Positions 1 to 11,975 are shown, counted from the first letter of the stretch. The stretch is DNA of 64,000 nt from Ginglymostoma cirratum (GCA_024137785.1 JAHRHZ010000024.1:1548745-1612744), one strand, 5' to 3'. Made by a program: numbers and translations. The notes: generated from the sequence alone by a model not told the origin.

Positions 1-158
1 TCTTGAGGACGAGTTCAGCTGAGCGGATGAGGGTGTCAGTGTCTTGAGGATGAGTTCAGTAATTTCCGAAGAAGTGTCTCGACCCGAAACGTCAGCGTTC
101 CTGCTCCTCTGATGCTGCTTGGCCTGCTGTGTTCATCCAGCTCTACACCTTGTTATCT
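1..158. mobile_element. Penelope-like element junction: RT fragment (-) abutting a family-A pseudo-LTR (+) with a degenerate hammerhead core
   Basis: 1-60 on the minus strand reads TDTLIRSAELVLK, resembling Penelope RT. 66-158 matches the pLTR repeated across the window (ccgaagaagtgtctcgacccgaaacgtcag...acaccttgttatct). Confidence 0.75.
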
Positions 159-347
159 AAAAGTATTATTGTCATGTTTTTGTTGTTCAAAAGAAAAACC
201 AAAACCCTTAACATAACAAAAATGGACATGAAAAGGTTCTTGTTTGTATGCCAGCGGTCCTGAGTTACCAGTTCTTAGCATGTACAGTTCAAGCATGTAC
301 AAGTCCTATATATTTCAATGTGGCATAACTATTGTTCACTGTTCAAA

Positions 348-505
348 AAGAACATTTAAAAGGCATCTGGATAGGTATAAGAATAGGAGGTGTTTAGAGG
401 AATATGGGCCAAATGGGACTAGATTTATGTAGGATATCTGGTCAGCATGGATGAGTTGGACTGAAAGGTCGGTTTCCGCGCTGCATATCTCTATGACTGT
501 ATGAG
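348..505 (+). mobile_element. CR1 LINE 3' end fragment
   Basis: TFKRHLDRY..RCLEEYGPN matches the CR1 ORF2 C-terminus and is followed by a 3' UTR ending ctctatgact. Similar to 39410-39570 and 27050-27192. Confidence 0.85.
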
Positions 506-2847
506 TAGCTGAATTATTAAGAAAGCCAGACAGAATAACAGATAGCAAGGGAGAATGGGTTAAATACAGACAAGTATAGATTGTTTAAAGAGGGGATTTA
601 GTTGAAGTTCCACTGGTAAATTATAGTGACCCTGGCATGGAACCAACTCCCAAGGGTGGTCTTGTTTACATTTAAAAAGCATAGATCATCATGATGTGCT
701 ATATGTTTTGAGAAATGGACTTGGACTAATTTTGGACTCAATCTAATTTCCAAACATCACCATTGCATTAGATTCATGCCCTGCAAGCTGCTACGATCGA
801 AATATTTGACATATATATTTGCACCATAATGGCTATGTTACAGAGTTTACTTGAGTCAATTTAGCACTGTAAGCCCTATGGCCATGACTAGCAAAAATCA
901 CACCCCTGACCAGGGGTTTCTTATCTGTATTATGCCAAGTCCTTAGAATATAAAAGATAATATGCATTTTTGAGATTTTCCACCCATCTCCTGCGACCAG
1001 TGACAGTAGTAGGGATACTGAAACACCAGTCTGTTCATCCTGCCCTAGCCTGCATGTTTGGAACTGTAAGATCCACAATGTGATGTTTTAACCTCCATCA
1101 GGTTAAAATGTTCTGTTTGGTAGCAAGACTTAATATAGTTGGAGACAAAGGACTAATGCAAAAACAAGATGCAGAAGGTTAATGTAATAGATAGCCTTCA
1201 GTTTCATTCCAAAATGAAAATTTTAACTTGTTTGAAGGAAGTACATGGCCTTGATTACTTAAATTTTGAGACATAACTTCTGAGGTAAATCCAAAATTCT
1301 TATTACCTGAAATATTAACACATTATTGTGGCAGCAAAGTGTTCACTTCACTTTCTAAAAAGGAAAAGCAGCCTTCACATTAATGTAACCCAAGAGATCA
1401 CAGGTAAGAAAGTCTTCTGGCCCATTAGCAATGTGCTCAAGTTGTCTTTACCTTCACATAAATCAAGTGTTGTGAAATACACTGTACGGTGTTATATTCT
1501 CATCTACAATCAATATGTCAAGAAGTAGTTAAATGAATTGACAAATAATTGATATTAGGTTTCTAGCAGACATTATTCTTTGATAGAATCAAGCTATGTC
1601 TGATAAGAAAACCAGCATAGTAAATTGTGTTTATGTGCAGCCACATAAAACTAACCAAAGGTATCCAAAAGATGAAACGAGTGATCTTGTCTGAGAGCCA
1701 GCCTGTGCATATAATAGGGTCGTAATGCTGATATTGATTTCCATTAACAGCAGACATTCCTCACACATGTGGTTTTTGTATGTACATCTATGTGGGTGGT
1801 CTGGAGAGTAAGTGCAGAGAAATGGCTTAGTCCTGGAGAATTAGAGGAAGATGCTATTAGCAGACTTAAGTGTTACTGAATCCGAAAATGCACAAAACAG
1901 ACTTTTTCGATCCTTTCTTTTTAGCAAATGTTTTCATTTTAACTTGCGCTAATCCTTTAAATCATAAAAAAATTCCCATACAACACAGGCTCACTTACTT
2001 TGACAGGGTTAATGTTTCTCCCGTTGGTCTGAGAACAATCATAAACATAATGCTTTTATTATCTTCTTAGAACCACTGAGAGCTCATGGGTCCTTTAGTA
2101 AAGTCCAATGTTAAAAGTTAATATTTTATTGAAAGTTAGATGTATCAAAAATTGTATTCGTGTTTCCTATTGATTTTTAATAAATGTCAAAAGTTGTTAA
2201 AATATAAGAATGTGAGATAAGAAAATTTCATTAAATATGTTCAGGTTCTTATGTCATTTTGGTTTATGTACAGAATTTATTGGAGTGATTCATACAGGAC
2301 CTAGTCTAACTACTTTTTCCCTTGCTTTACAACTCTCTTTTCAACGTTAAATAATGAATTGATATGCTTCTTTTCAAATATTTTAACCAATTCTACACTT
2401 ACTGTACATTAACACTTGCTTAGCAACCTTAAGGCTGTAGTTACACTGTTTCAACACTGGGATCCAAATCTTACTGATGTTTATAGATCTCTGCCTATCT
2501 ATTGTTTAACATCACTCTCTGTGGGCTTTTTTAATGTTAAGAGAGAAGGGCAGCAGCATCTGTTTCCTCTTAACATTAAAACAAAATTGTTCAACATCTT
2601 TAAGGTTCCTAGATACTCCAGTACATTCCCTTAAATCTCTTTGAAATTCAGCTTCACACCAGATTGCAATTAAACACCATCCCGTATAAACATCAAATTA
2701 AGTGAAAGTTCCCACAGAGCACCTAAGGCCTCTTTACTTTTGACATGGAAATGGAAGAATAACTGCAACCTAAATATAAAATGCTAACTTCCTAAATTTC
2801 TCTAGATCCACCTAATAGCCACCGTTTATGTAATGATATAACTCATG

Positions 2848-2969
2848 ATACTGGTGTTGGATGGGGTGGACAAAGTGACTTCACCTGATGAAGGTGCAGC
2901 GCTCCGAAAGCTTGCGATTTCAAATAAACCTGTTGGACTATAACCTGGTGTCATGTGACCTCTGACTTC
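2848..2969 (+). mobile_element. Short Penelope pLTR insertion (family C) with hammerhead core and 12-bp TSD
   Basis: Flanked by atataactcatg at 2836-2847 and 2970-2981. Contains CTGATGA-A-GGTGC-AGC-GCTCC-GAAAGCTT and aataaacctgttggactataacctggtg. Confidence 0.8.
2885..2913 (+). ncRNA. Minimal type I hammerhead ribozyme motif (family C)
   Basis: CUGAUGA, an extra A, stem II GGUGC/GCUCC (one mismatch), GAAA, palindromic AGCU stem III and a CUU cleavage triplet. Confidence 0.65.
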
Positions 2970-3551
2970 ATATAACTCATGCCTAACATTGAGCCCAAGA
3001 TGGGATCTGTGGAACTATCCATTGTGAGTAGATAGGTTCTTAAAACTTGATACATTCAGCCTTTAACTATGGTGTTGTACAAGACGAATCAAACACAAGA
3101 GCAAGATAGAATGAACTTGGAAGCAGGGTTTCTTTGGATCATCTTGCAAACTTAGTTCAGGCAAATTTTAGAATTGAGCAGTCTCTCAACTTTGAAATTG
3201 ATAATGTAAATAGCATGTCCACACTGAGCATGGAAACTGCCCATATAAACTTTTCACTTCATAAGTACTATCTGGGTCTCTCCCTTAAGAATCCAGAAGT
3301 AAGAATTTAATTGATTATTGTCTACTAAACTTAAGGTACAATTGTAAATTTAAGGTACTTTACTGAAGTGAAATTAGAACATTAACCGCCATTTCTTGTA
3401 TTTCAATCAAGGAAAACCTGGAACAATTTTTCAACTGATCAGAATCTGTGACACAATATGGAAAATGCGGCTTGCAGTAGTTCTTTTCTAAAGCATTGTT
3501 ACCCTTTGAGACTATCTTAACTTTTTTATTGCACATTAATTTTGCTTCTGC

Positions 3552-3902
3552 ATTCCCCGCGAGCTGCTGAGTCCACTTTAATTAATCTAACCACCCGCAT
3601 CTCGAGGATAGATATAACTGCGTTGACACTCACTATTGGTTCAACACGGGGTACTGTTAATCTTTCTTCACTTATTTATTTAATTGTACATAATACATTC
3701 ACACACGTGGATTCCAGCACAATGATATGATGCACAAGTATAAAATAAGTACTCATATAACAGTGACAGGGGCAAGTCTATTCTGACGCATAGCACACAG
3801 TACCCCGTGTTGAACCAATAGTGAGTCTCAACGCAGTTATCTCTATCCTCGAGATGCGGGTGCTTAGATTAATTAAAGTGGACTCAATGGCTCGTGGGGA
3901 AT
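3552..3902. repeat. Unique long inverted repeat: 106-bp arms, 139-bp spacer
   Basis: 3552-3657 is the ungapped reverse complement of 3797-3902 with 7 mismatches by manual alignment. Confidence 0.95.
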
Positions 3903-5946
3903 AAGTGCACAGAATGATCGGTGGTGACATGGAAGAAGCAACATCCGACTTGTCAATGGATTAACTTGCAGAGCCTGGAGATCCAGAGTTATGGCAACTG
4001 CATTTAAAAGCAGGATGTTGTCCTGTGCACCACAGCTTTTTGTTGTCATTAGGGACTGCAGCTAACTTCTTGAGAGGTTGTGTTAGCAATTGTGACACTT
4101 TTAAAGATCTGCCATCCAAGTCCAATTTTGGCAGGCATTACAGGACAGCTCTAGCTGGTTTTCCTTGAAATCATTTGTTTCTGATTTGGCTTTCGTATCC
4201 ATTCAAATGAGAAAAGTAAGTACGATGCGTATTACCTGCATGACGGTAGGGAAATTGTACTTGCACTCGTACTGTAATTTAGTACTTAAATGGGTCTCTT
4301 ACACATTTGATGCGATCACACGTTAGGGCAATGTAAAAAAAAATCAGCCGCAGGACTATATGCACTGCACAAAATGGGTACTGTCTCTAACCATTTAAGT
4401 CTCACTTGTCCGTCCTGTGAGGTGCCATCAGCTACCCGAAATATAAGATATCCACTCATACATTTTGTGTTGAACTCAACTCCAGACTAAAACATTTTTG
4501 CAAATATTTCTTAGCTCTTCATAACCTACAGTTAATTTGTACAATTAGAGCTGCATTTTTAATCTGCTCCTCGAAAGGAATGTGAAGCCCATCAGATGGA
4601 TTCAAGCTTAGGGAAGACTTGTTAATACTAATTGTGCTGGATGCGGAGAGATTTGTTTCCATAGGCTGTTTCTTAAGGAGTTATCAATTTCAGTTTAGTT
4701 CACAGACTGGTGCCTGTATCATCAAGTAAGTTAAGAAAATTTATTTGAGAAATCCAATACTGTAGTTGAAATTTGATATCAGCAACCTGGTTCCGCAAGC
4801 TCAGATTCAAAGCAAACTTTTTGCTTCATTTCTAAATTAATTAAGAGTTGAGGTAACACAAATAGTTCTTGGCAAGAATTTTGTAGTCATTTTTAAAATA
4901 GGGAGTATGGGAGTATGTTGAAGGAAAGTATAATAAGCTTAAAAGCAGATAATAAAGTTGTTACGAATGCCACAACCTGAAATTACCCTATAAACAGAGT
5001 TTAAAGGCAAAGTAAAGGAATTGGACACTGTTATCCTTGTCTGGCTGTTGTTGATCTTGCACACTCTAAATGGAAAATACCCATTGGTTGGCTCTCACTA
5101 ATATTTACGTCTTCGTTTAATACATCACATATCAACCAGCTTACAATTTATGTTAAGAATTTAGGAAAATGTCATTCATTACTAATAGTAAAGAAATAAT
5201 GAATTAGTAATTTTTTTTTAAATTGCCCAGTCCACTTCTGCAAAAAGTACACGTTGTAAATATTTTAAACAGGCAATTGATCATAGTGTTTCTGTTTTCT
5301 GCCATAACCTACACCTTGCCAAGAGTGTGTGTATTTCAGGCTACTCTGGGATTGGATATAATTTCATAAACAGTTGAAATAATTTTCCACAAATAGTGGA
5401 TAAGGTAAAACTTCAAGTATGTAGGAATTGGTTGTACCTTCAGAACAGTTCTGGGCCAGTTCGACATCTGTTTTGCCTTTATATTTAATGTATAAAAAAA
5501 GCAGTAAAATGTTATTGCAAAGTAAACAATAAAAAGGTTCAGAGAGATATAAAATTCTATTTGGTTAAGTAACAAATTTATCATTTTGATACATGACTTG
5601 AAGGTTTGCTGCTTAATTGTTTTGACATTGACAGCAAGTAATACTGCAATACTGCCATTGAGATGGGTCATTAATTTTCACTAACCGTGTAAAGACAGAT
5701 TTGGTTCAGATTATTTCTTACCTGCGCATTTCAACTCTTTCCTCTCTGTATAGTCACCTCTTGAAAGAACATTTGTAAAGTGAATAAGAAATGGGAAATT
5801 TTTAAAAATGATTTCATCTTAAATGCTTCTCCACGTTAATTAATTTGGCATAATGGCAAAATGGTTTTTATAATACATAGTTTAAAATAGAAACATTATT
5901 TACCCAGATTGGCATTCCACCTTGAGAACAACGTAACATCTAGAAG

Positions 5947-6090
5947 CAATTAGAGTTCTGAAGAATGGTCACTGGACCTGAAAAATTAACTCTGCTTTCT
6001 CTCTGCAGGTGCTGTTTGACCTGCTGAGTTTCTCCAGAAATTTCTATTTTTGTTTCTGATTTCCAGCATCTGCAGTTCTTCGATTATTGA
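5947..6090 (+). mobile_element. Solo Penelope pLTR (family B), degraded hammerhead core, 13-bp TSD
   Basis: ctgaagaatggtcactggacctgaaaa...ccagcatctgcagttct. Flanks taacatctagaag (5934-5946) and taacgtctagaag (6091-6103). Confidence 0.8.
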
Positions 6091-6310
6091 TAACGTCTAG
6101 AAGGATTTTGTTTCTCATTCACTGACTGGACGTGTGTGTCACTGGCCGGACCAACATTTATTGCACATCCCTAGTTGAGCTTGAGAGATAGTTGACCTGT
6201 CTCCTTGAACCACTGCAATCCATTTGGTGTAGGTACAACCACCATGTCATCAGGAAGGGGATTTCAGGATTTTGACCGAGCTACAGTGAAGGGACAGCAA
6301 TATATTTCCA

Positions 6311-6857
6311 AATTGGTGCGGCCACACTTGGAGTATTGCATACAGTTCTGGTCGCCGCATCATAGGAAGGATGTGGAAGCATTGGAAAGGGTGCAGGGGA
6401 GATTTACCAGGATGTTGCCTGGTATGGAGGGAAGGTCTTATGAGGAAAGGCTGAGGGACTTGAGGCTGTTTTCGTTAGAGAGAAGAAAGTTAAGAGGTGA
6501 CTTAATAGAGACATACAAGATGATCAGAGGATTAGATAGGGTGGACTGTGAGAGCCTTTTTCCTCGGATGGTGATGGCTAGCATGAGGGGACGTAGCTTT
6601 AAATTGAGGGGTGATAGATATAGGACAGATGTCAGAGGTAGATTCTTTACTCAGAGAGTAGTAAAGGCGTGGAATGCCCTGCCTGCAGCAGTAGTAGACT
6701 CACCAACTTTAAGGGCATTTAAATGGTCATTGGATAAACATATGGATGATAATGGAATAGTGTAGGTTAGATGGGCTTCAGCTTGGTTTCACAGGTTGGC
6801 GCAACATTGAGGGCCAAAGGGCCCGTACTGCGCTGTTATGTTCTATGTTCTATGTTA
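6311..6857 (+). mobile_element. Young 5'-truncated CR1 LINE
   Basis: Uninterrupted LVRPHLEYCIQFWSPH...RRKLRGDLIETYK...FFTQRVVKAWNALP to a stop at 6765, then a 3' UTR and a (ttctatg)n tail. Confidence 0.95.
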
Positions 6858-7176
6858 AGTGTCTATGAGGAATGGTTTGGAAGGGCTTTTGCAGATGATT
6901 GTGTTCCCATGTGTCTGCTGCTCTTGTCCTCCTAGATGCTAATGGTTATGGATTTGAAAGATGCTGTCTAAGGAGCCTCAGTGAATTTCTGCATAGCAGT
7001 ATGTGTCATCTACAAGCTGCAATTACTAATCATTGGTGGTGGAGGAAGTAATGCTTGTGGGTGTGATGCAAATCAAGTGTACGGCTTTGTCCTGGATGGT
7101 GTTAAGCTTCTTGAGTGTTGTTGGAATTGCCCCCATCCAGGCAAGTGGGGAGTATTCCAACATACTCTTGACTTAT

Positions 7177-7416
7177 AAAAACTGAAAGAACTGCAGTTGC
7201 TGTAAATCAGGAACAAAAACAGAAGTTGCTGGAAAAGCTCAGCAGATTTCATCAGCATCTATGAAGAAAAAATCAGAGTTAATGTTTCGGATCTGGTGAC
7301 CCTTCCTCAGAACGTTCTGAGGAAGGGTCACGAGACCCGAAACATTAACTCTGATTTTTTTCTTCACAGATGCTACCAGATCTGCTGAGCTTTTCCAGCA
7401 ACTTCTGTTTATAGAT
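7177..7416. mobile_element. Fold-back Penelope pLTR dimer (family B), hammerhead core on each strand
   Basis: Palindrome centred on cttcctcag-aacgtt-ctgaggaag. Cores at 7281-7310 (-) and 7317-7346 (+). tgacttat is duplicated at 7169-7176 and 7420-7427. Confidence 0.85.
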
Positions 7417-7911
7417 GCCTGACTTATGTCTTGTAGATGGTATTCAGTCTTTGGCGCATTAGGAAAGGAGTTTCTCGCTGCAAGACTCCTGGCCACTGAC
7501 CTGCACTTGTAGCCACTGTATCTGTATGGCTAGTCCAGTTGAGTTTCTGGTCAATGATAACTCCCAGGATGTTGATAGTGGAAAATTCAGTGATGGTAAT
7601 GTCATTGAATGTCAAGAGGTAATGGCCGGATTGTTTTTTTGTTGTTGGAGATGGTAATTGCCTGACATTTGTGTAGAGCGATTGTTACTTGCAGTCCAAA
7701 CCTAGATATGACAGGTTTTGCTGCATTTGTACATGGACTGCTTCATTATCTGAGCAATCATCAGCGATCGTCGCCAGTTCTGACTTTATGATGGAGGGAA
7801 GGTCATTAATGAAGCAAATGAAGTTGGTTGGGCCCAAAACGCTTCCCTGAGGAATGCCTGCAGAGATGTCCTGGAGTAACTTCAACAACCAGAACCACCT
7901 TCCTTTGTATC

Positions 7912-8103
7912 AGAGATAGTAGGAACTGCAGATGCTGGAGAATCCGAGATAACAAGATGTAGAGCTGGATGAACACAGCAGGCCAAGCAGCATCAGAGGA
8001 GCAGGAGAGCTTGATGAAGGGTCTAGGCCCGAAACGTCACGCTTTCCTGCTCCTCTGATGCTGCTTGGCCTGCTGTGTTCATCCAGCTTTACACCTTGTT
8101 ATC
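7912..8103. mobile_element. Fold-back Penelope pLTR insertion (family A) with hammerhead core at the hairpin apex
   Basis: Arms at about 7948-8010 and 8041-8103 are complementary. The loop 8011-8038 is ttgatgaagggtctaggcccgaaacgtc. TSD-like ccaccttcctttgt / ccacattcctttgt. Confidence 0.85.
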
Positions 8104-8968
8104 CCACATTCCTTTGTGCTGAATATGACTCCAACAGGCAGAGAGTTTTTCCCTGCTTCCCATTGAGTCTATTTTAGCTCGGGCCGCCTGATGTCGCACA
8201 ATCAGTGAACTCGCTCAGTGAACAACACTCACTTGTTGACAAGGACTGTTACTCTTACCTCACATGCAGCATGAAAATTGTATTTGCTGCTTTCAATATC
8301 CTGAGCAGATAATTTTTATGATGCAGCAAAACGATACTTTCAATCAAAATGTAAATGGTCATGTCATGTTTTGGCATTAATACACTGCTTTGGAGTCAAA
8401 ACCTGCAGTGTTGTGGAGGTACATAATGAGACTGGAATTGGGTCCCATTAATGATCCAGAATGGTGTGTGTGCAGGATATATTCACACTCCTGATATGAA
8501 ACATGCGGGAAATATTGGTGAAGGAAGCAGCAAGTAGGCAGTGAATGGTCTTCAGATGTATACAGAGTAGGCAGATCAAGACATCAATAAGCAGATAACC
8601 AGAATAGCTATACTGGAGCTCCAGTCTATATTCAACATGTCCACCCTCAATGCTATTTTAGAGTTTCCTTAACTACTTACGGGTTTGTTTACTTACTACT
8701 TAAGGTTTGTTCGTTATTCTTGTTCTGGCTGTTTCTATTTTTCAGCTTGCTTTTGTTGAGTTTTGTTTAAAATTTCAAAAGTCTACAGCAGATCACCTTG
8801 AAGGGTTTTCTTATTGACATCGTTGATATGTTTTAATATAAACTGGTTGCTCCCAAATATCCATGCTTGAGGAGGCATCAAGTTTAGAATTGAGCGTGAC
8901 TGGGAAGAGGGAGGAGCAGAAATAAAGATGGACTCTCAGCATCAACAAAGGTAATTCTGATATTTTCG

Positions 8969-9155
8969 TAGAACCCCTGTAGTGTGGAAACAGGTAATTC
9001 AGCCCAACAAGTCCACGCTGCCCTTCCAAAGAGCATCCCACCCAGATGCATTCCCCTACTGTGCATTTCCCATGTCTAACCCACCTACCTAAACATCCCT
9101 AGACACTATGGGCAATTTAGCATAGCCAATCTACCTATGCTGCACTACTTTGGAA
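8969..9155 (-). mobile_element. HE1-type V-SINE, 3' part
   Basis: Reverse complement of the 3' half of the SINE at 46978-47330. Confidence 0.8.
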
Positions 9156-9159
9156 TCTG

Positions 9160-9847
9160 AACATAAACGTAGAAACATAGGAGCAGGAGGAGGCCATTTG
9201 GCCCTTTGAGCCTGCTCCACAATTCTTCACGATCGTGGTTGATTGTCCAACTCAAAAGCCTAATCCTGCTTTTTCCCCATAACCTTTTGATCCCATTCAC
9301 CCCAAGTGCTATATCTAATCACCTTTTGAATACATTCAATGTTTTGGTATCAACTACTTCCTGTGGTAATGAATTCCACAGGTTCACTACTGTTTGGGTG
9401 AAGAAATGTCTCCTCATCTCTGTCCTAAATCGTCTGCCCTGAATCCTCATACTGTGACCCCTGGTTCTGGACACACCCACAATCAGGAACATCCTCCCTG
9501 CATCTACCCTGTCCAGTCCTGTTAAAATTTTATAAGTCTCTGAGATCCCGCTCATTTATCTGAACTCCAGTGAAAACAATCCCAACCTAGTCAATCTTTG
9601 CTCATATGGCAGACCTTCCATCCTGGGAATCAGCCTAGTAAACCTTCACCGCACTCCCTCAAGAGTAAGAGCATTCTTCCTCAGAAAAGGAGACCGAAAC
9701 TGCGCACAATATTCCAGGTGTGGTCTCACCAAGGCCCTGTATAACTGCAACAACACATCCCTGCTCCTGTATTCAACCTCTCGCAATGAAGGCCAACATA
9801 CCATTTGCCTTCTTTACCGCCTGCTCCACCTGCAATGCTTACCTTCC
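9160..9847 (-). mobile_element. CR1 LINE 3' fragment
   Basis: Minus ORF 9319-9555 reads ETYKILTGLDRVDAGRMF...RHFFTQTVVNLWNSLPQEVV. The 3' tail lies at about 9160-9180. Confidence 0.9.
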
Positions 9848-9989
9848 TTAGTGATGAGCAATATCTGGGCTTCAGCAGTAAGGTAGTGACTGAAGGAGAT
9901 AGGGTTTGAAATCTGAGACAGCCAGGCTTCAATCTCAGAAAAGGGCATGAACTGTATTGCCTGTGTGATATGAAGGTGACCATGACAAT

Positions 9990-10940
9990 GAACTTGTGTG
10001 GACCTACCTCCTTCCAGCTTAGTGTCAGAGATATTACCAGCAAGTTACATTTGCCAGTGTTGCAGAAGAGGTACTGATAAGGTTCTCCATTCAAAGAGGA
10101 AAAATTGCATTCAATTCTTGCTGACCAAAGATAAGCCAGCAGAGCAAGCACAAGAGTTTACAAAGGTTCGTGGTCTCCCTATGCTGTAGGGTTGACTAAC
10201 TGCAAATACTTTGTTCTGCAGGCACCACTTGTCAATTGTGACAACACCAGAGCTCAATGCACTTCCAATCTCATGCTTGTCACATCCTTCAAGCATGCCG
10301 AGACTTTCTGCACCCTGCACGCTGCCCTTGAAGTGGCTGTAGGAGGTTGAGACTGATGCCCAACTCGTTCTGGAATAAGTCTTTGCAAAGAAGGACTGGA
10401 GAAAAACGCAGTGGTTTTTATTGATGTTTATCCCGAGCAGCTCCATGACACAGTGTTCTGTGTTCCATGGTATCTTCCCCAGGACGCTAACTGAGACAAT
10501 CACTGACTGTGCCTGGAGAACCATCAACTCAATGAAAGATGCTCTTTCATCTGCCCGAAAATTGTTGGTCTTCCAGTATAACGAGCTGACTTTGACCGAG
10601 TATTGCAGACTGGTGCATTCCAAGGTCTAGGACTACGCGCTGAGGGATGTGGTTTGGGGCAGCTGCTGCCAAGGTGCAGTGGGGAAAGACCACTGTCAAA
10701 GGTCTTTCTTACAAAATTAAACGAGGGCCTGTTCGGTTATCAGACCCCCTTGTTGCCTCAATGTATGTAAGTAGTGTACTGCCTAAGTAAGAAATGCCTT
10801 TGATTTTTGTAACTACGGGGCAAGTTAAATTCCAGTGTTTTGTTTTTCTTGATATGCAAAGACTGGGTACAGTAGTTGTGAATGTAGATAAAAATCTTTT
10901 ATGAATAAAGGATATTCCTGTTATATATAAATAAAACAGT
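9990..10940 (+). mobile_element. Degraded Tx1/L1-clade LINE, ORF2 C-terminus and 3' UTR
   Basis: ORF 10421-10630 (CAWRTINSMKDALSSARKLLVFQ...EYCRLVHSKV) resembles the Tx1-type C-terminus. It ends in aataaa and an A-rich tail near 10903-10937. The 5' boundary is uncertain. Confidence 0.65.
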
Positions 10941-11229
10941 CATGACATCTTTAATTTGTGGTTCTCCACCGTACCAGGTGCATTTCGGCTAACAAAGTAA
11001 ATTGAAGATTGGGAACAGAGTAATGAAGGCAATCTGCTGGTGATATAACTCCCTGCAGTGCTGGGGAGCAGAAGCACAAGTAAGAGGAGAAGACAGTAAC
11101 ATGAGGAGCTTGGGCTGTATTTAAAAAATTAACAAATGTATGATATTGGTAATCTCAACGCCTCATTCCTCAATGCATTACCTCAATCACTAAATGCAGG
11201 AGCCCAGATCCAGCCCCATGGCTGACCTA

Positions 11230-11437
11230 GAAGCAGGAGTTGTTCCAAAGATCACCTAACCTTTTTGGGATAAGACTATAGGATGAACTTCATTATTTTA
11301 TATTTCTAACTCTGTGTTTGGGTTTATTTTCTATGCTTTAAGATGTCACTGAAGAGTGACGACACTCACCAACACTTTTCACTATATTTGTAATAAATTC
11401 ACACGACAATAAATAAATTGAATCATGTCAAATCAGA
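11230..11437 (+). mobile_element. Non-LTR 3' end (Rex/L2-like), second copy at 57790-58088
   Basis: Shares tttaagatg...gagtga.gacact...aacacttttcact.tattt...caataaataaat with 57998-58075. Confidence 0.6.
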
Positions 11438-11499
11438 CTCTTGGCCGCAAGACAGAAATAAAAATCAACACAATGAACACTACAAATCAAACTTTGTAT

Positions 11500-11975
11500 T
11501 TGTTTAATCCCTCATGGGATGTGACCAACATTGGCTGGCCCAGCCTTTATTGCCTGTCCTTACTTACCCATGACAAGGTGGTGAGCTGCCTTCTTGAACC
11601 ACTGCTGTCATTTAATGTAGGTAGACCCGCGATGACATTAGGAAGGAGTTCCAGAATTTTGATCCAACAACACTGAAGGCAAATGATTTATTTCCTAGTC
11701 AAGATTGTGAGTGGCCTGTTGGGGATCTTGCTAGTAGTGGTGTTCCCATGTATCTGCTGCCCTTGTCTATCAAGATGGTCACGGTTGTCAGTTTGGAAGT
11801 TGTTGTCGAAGGAGCCTTGATTAATTTCTGCAGTGCATCTTATGGGTGGTGTACGCTGCGGCTACTGAGCATTGGTGGTGGAGGGAGTGACTGGCACCAC
11901 ACCCATATACAATCAAGCAGGCTGCTTTGTCCTAGATGGTGTCAAAATCCTTGACTGTTGTTGGAGCTGTGTGGT
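11500..11975 (-). mobile_element. Old CR1-clade LINE 3' region (same family as 6113-8260)
   Basis: Aligns with 6120-6310 and 6860-7130 (cttcttgaaccactgc..., gtgttcccatgtatctgctgc). Confidence 0.8.

Larger units (their letters stand above)
6113..8260 (-). mobile_element. Old CR1-clade LINE (RT plus 3' end) split by three nested insertions
   Basis: Minus ORF 7685-7888 has AGIPQGSVLGPT..FINDLPS..ADD (RT motifs). ORF 7424-7615 has INILGVIIDQKLNWTSH. Collinear pieces at about 6113-6310, 6858-7176, 7418-7911 and 8104-8260. Confidence 0.85.

Noticed and set aside
6205-6765. 186-aa ORF as a host gene
   Set aside because: Chimeric: the N-terminus comes from an antisense old LINE and the rest is a truncated CR1 ORF2.
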